Part shown: positions 48,602 through 50,116 of the stretch, piece after piece
Numbering within the stretch: position 1 is the stretch's first letter
Layout of the letters: every line of letters begins with the position of its first letter
Source: Atractiella rhizophila
Lineage: Eukaryota
Direction of reading: 5' to 3'
Length of the DNA stretch: 50,116 bases
NCBI GenBank assembly: GCA_021432655.1
Contig: MU271527.1
Coordinates: forward strand, 1 to 50,116
Notes under the pieces: generated by a model
Databases searched by the model: none
Seen by the model: only the letters and a program-made list of their open reading frames with translations
Told to the model about the DNA's origin: nothing
Translations under genes and position numbers: made by a program

Positions 48602-50116
48602 TTAAGTTAACATCTCCTTAAACTTCCCCATCATGCCTTTTGGCTGCTTCTCATCCCCATCACCAGAAGCAGTCGTCTCAGAAGCAGGAGCGGGCTCTTC
48701 AACGTGGTAAGGCTTTGTCGCCTTTTCTGACTCCAAGCTCGTCCTCTCCAAGCTCGTCCTCTGCTCCTCAAACGAAGCTGGGCGCGGCTCATTGTTACCA
48801 GAGGGACCGGCTTCGTCTTCCGTTGTTTCGACTTCCGGATCCGGAGCAAGACCGCCTGGTAATTCATGGACTTTGTCTTGCTCCTTCACATCGGCAACAT
48901 CAGGCTGAACATGAGTCTCACCTTCACGAGCGGGAAGTCCAGCACCAGGGACAGCTGCTTGGGACGCTGGAGGCTGAGTTTCCGGTTGTTTCTGAGACAA
49001 GACATGAATTCTCAACCAAAGGGAACAAAACGGACACACCTCCTCCCTCCTACTACTCTTCCTTCCCAAGCCGCCAGAACCCTCTCCCTTCTTCTCGACA
49101 GCATAACCATTCTTTCCAATCGCAATTCCACTGTTCGTGGCAGGAGGAGCGTAGTCGGGGATATCGTCTCTGACATGGGCGGGCTGTTGAGTTCGGTGAT
49201 GATGGTGATGATGATCCTGAGATCGGTGAACTGGTTCTTCTTCCTCCTCTTCGTCGTCATCTTCCTCTTCTTCAACTGAAGATCCATCCTCCTCCTCTTC
49301 ATCATCCTCGTCTTCAGAGATATACCCGGCAGCTCTCACAGCAGCGGGAACAGGTCCAGAACGGTCCATGACATCGGAGCTCGTTACTACAACCAAGTAT
49401 TAACCCATGTTAATCGTAAGAAGGCAGGGTAAAACTCACAGTAAACCTTGCTGAGTTGCTTCATATCATTCCACCACTCCATCATTTCGTCGTGACTCCT
49501 GAACCTGAAAGTATACGCATGCTCGCTCCCACCTAACAGAGTAGAACCTTTCTTCGGCATCAAGCCTGCAAGAGCTCCAGACGCAGAGTGTTTCCCTTCG
49601 ACGTGGAATTTGTGCGACTTCGCATGCTGGCTAGAAGGAGCTCCGAGGATGCATTCCGGGAGGAAGAGGGAAAGGACGGGCTGACCATGCCTAGTAAGGT
49701 CAGAGGAGCTAGTTGATCCCAATCATTCAATGAGATCACAATGAGAAGAAGAAAAGACAAACGAATGCTCGTGCAGATATCCAGCAGCGGTGAGAACGTA
49801 GTATCCCTCCTTGTAGTTCCGAGTGAAGCGCTTCTTGCGTTCCAACAAACCATTGTGAACGCTGAAATGCGGTCACCAAAACATCACAGATCAATAGCGC
49901 CAAACTCACGGGATGCAAGATGGATCATTCTTTCCCGGGAACTCGATGGTTTCAGGATTCCTGAGCGGCGTATCCGGGTCGAGGAGATGATCCGTTCTGG
50001 AAGCGAAGGCAACCCATTCCGTGGTAGGGCCAATGGAACGCATCATGATTCCCATATCCTGCCAAGTCTGCGAAACCTGGACGCTCATTCGGTTGCTGTT
50101 CTCAGTCCATTAAATA
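48602..50116 (-). CDS. PH-domain protein (Slm1/Slm2-like BAR-PH), 5' part outside the window
   Basis: Motifs GLLERKKRFTRNYKEGYYVLTAAGYLHE, PVLSLFLPECILG, HKFHVEGK and YTFRFRSHDEMMEWW, followed by an acidic disordered tail. Confidence 0.85.

Noticed and set aside
1..50116. CRISPR arrays, tRNA/rRNA genes, prokaryotic operons
   Set aside because: The sequence is eukaryotic. No repeat-spacer array, cloverleaf or rDNA was seen, and the rRNA-matching 9-14-mers are snoRNA guides.

Overview
Eukaryotic, intron-rich fungal DNA. It has many ~45-60 nt GT-AG introns with relaxed donors such as GTTCGT, GTTTGT and GTCCGT, and is most likely a basidiomycete. Recognisable genes: PRP24/SART3 (5'-truncated by the window), a GH17 glucanase, a Sac7/Rga5-type RhoGAP, a cytochrome P450, an Mhp1/Gip3-like LRR protein, an F-box protein, a Kelch-BTB (Mds3/Ral2-like) protein, a derlin, SNF8, AOS1, PMA1 and an Slm1-like PH protein. 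Three things stand out. (1) A multi-intron gene at 3671-6113 (-) whose hand-spliced N-terminal ~173 aa look like a complete Ty3/Gypsy Gag capsid (NTD+CTD) fused to a long Ser-rich disordered tail, with no pol or LTRs nearby. This is a candidate domesticated, Arc/PNMA-like capsid gene. (2) A non-coding host transcript at ~6.6-7.4 kb (-) with intronic box C/D snoRNAs: snR55/U33-like, snR61/U38-like, and a third with a 14-nt guide to LSU rRNA domain I. It also has an apparent 2-nt exon. (3) Four slightly diverged, gene-truncating tandem duplications. In the P450 and LRR units the differences are mostly synonymous, so these are probably two haplotypes assembled in series. All exon models were spliced by eye, and family calls come from motif recognition, not database searches.
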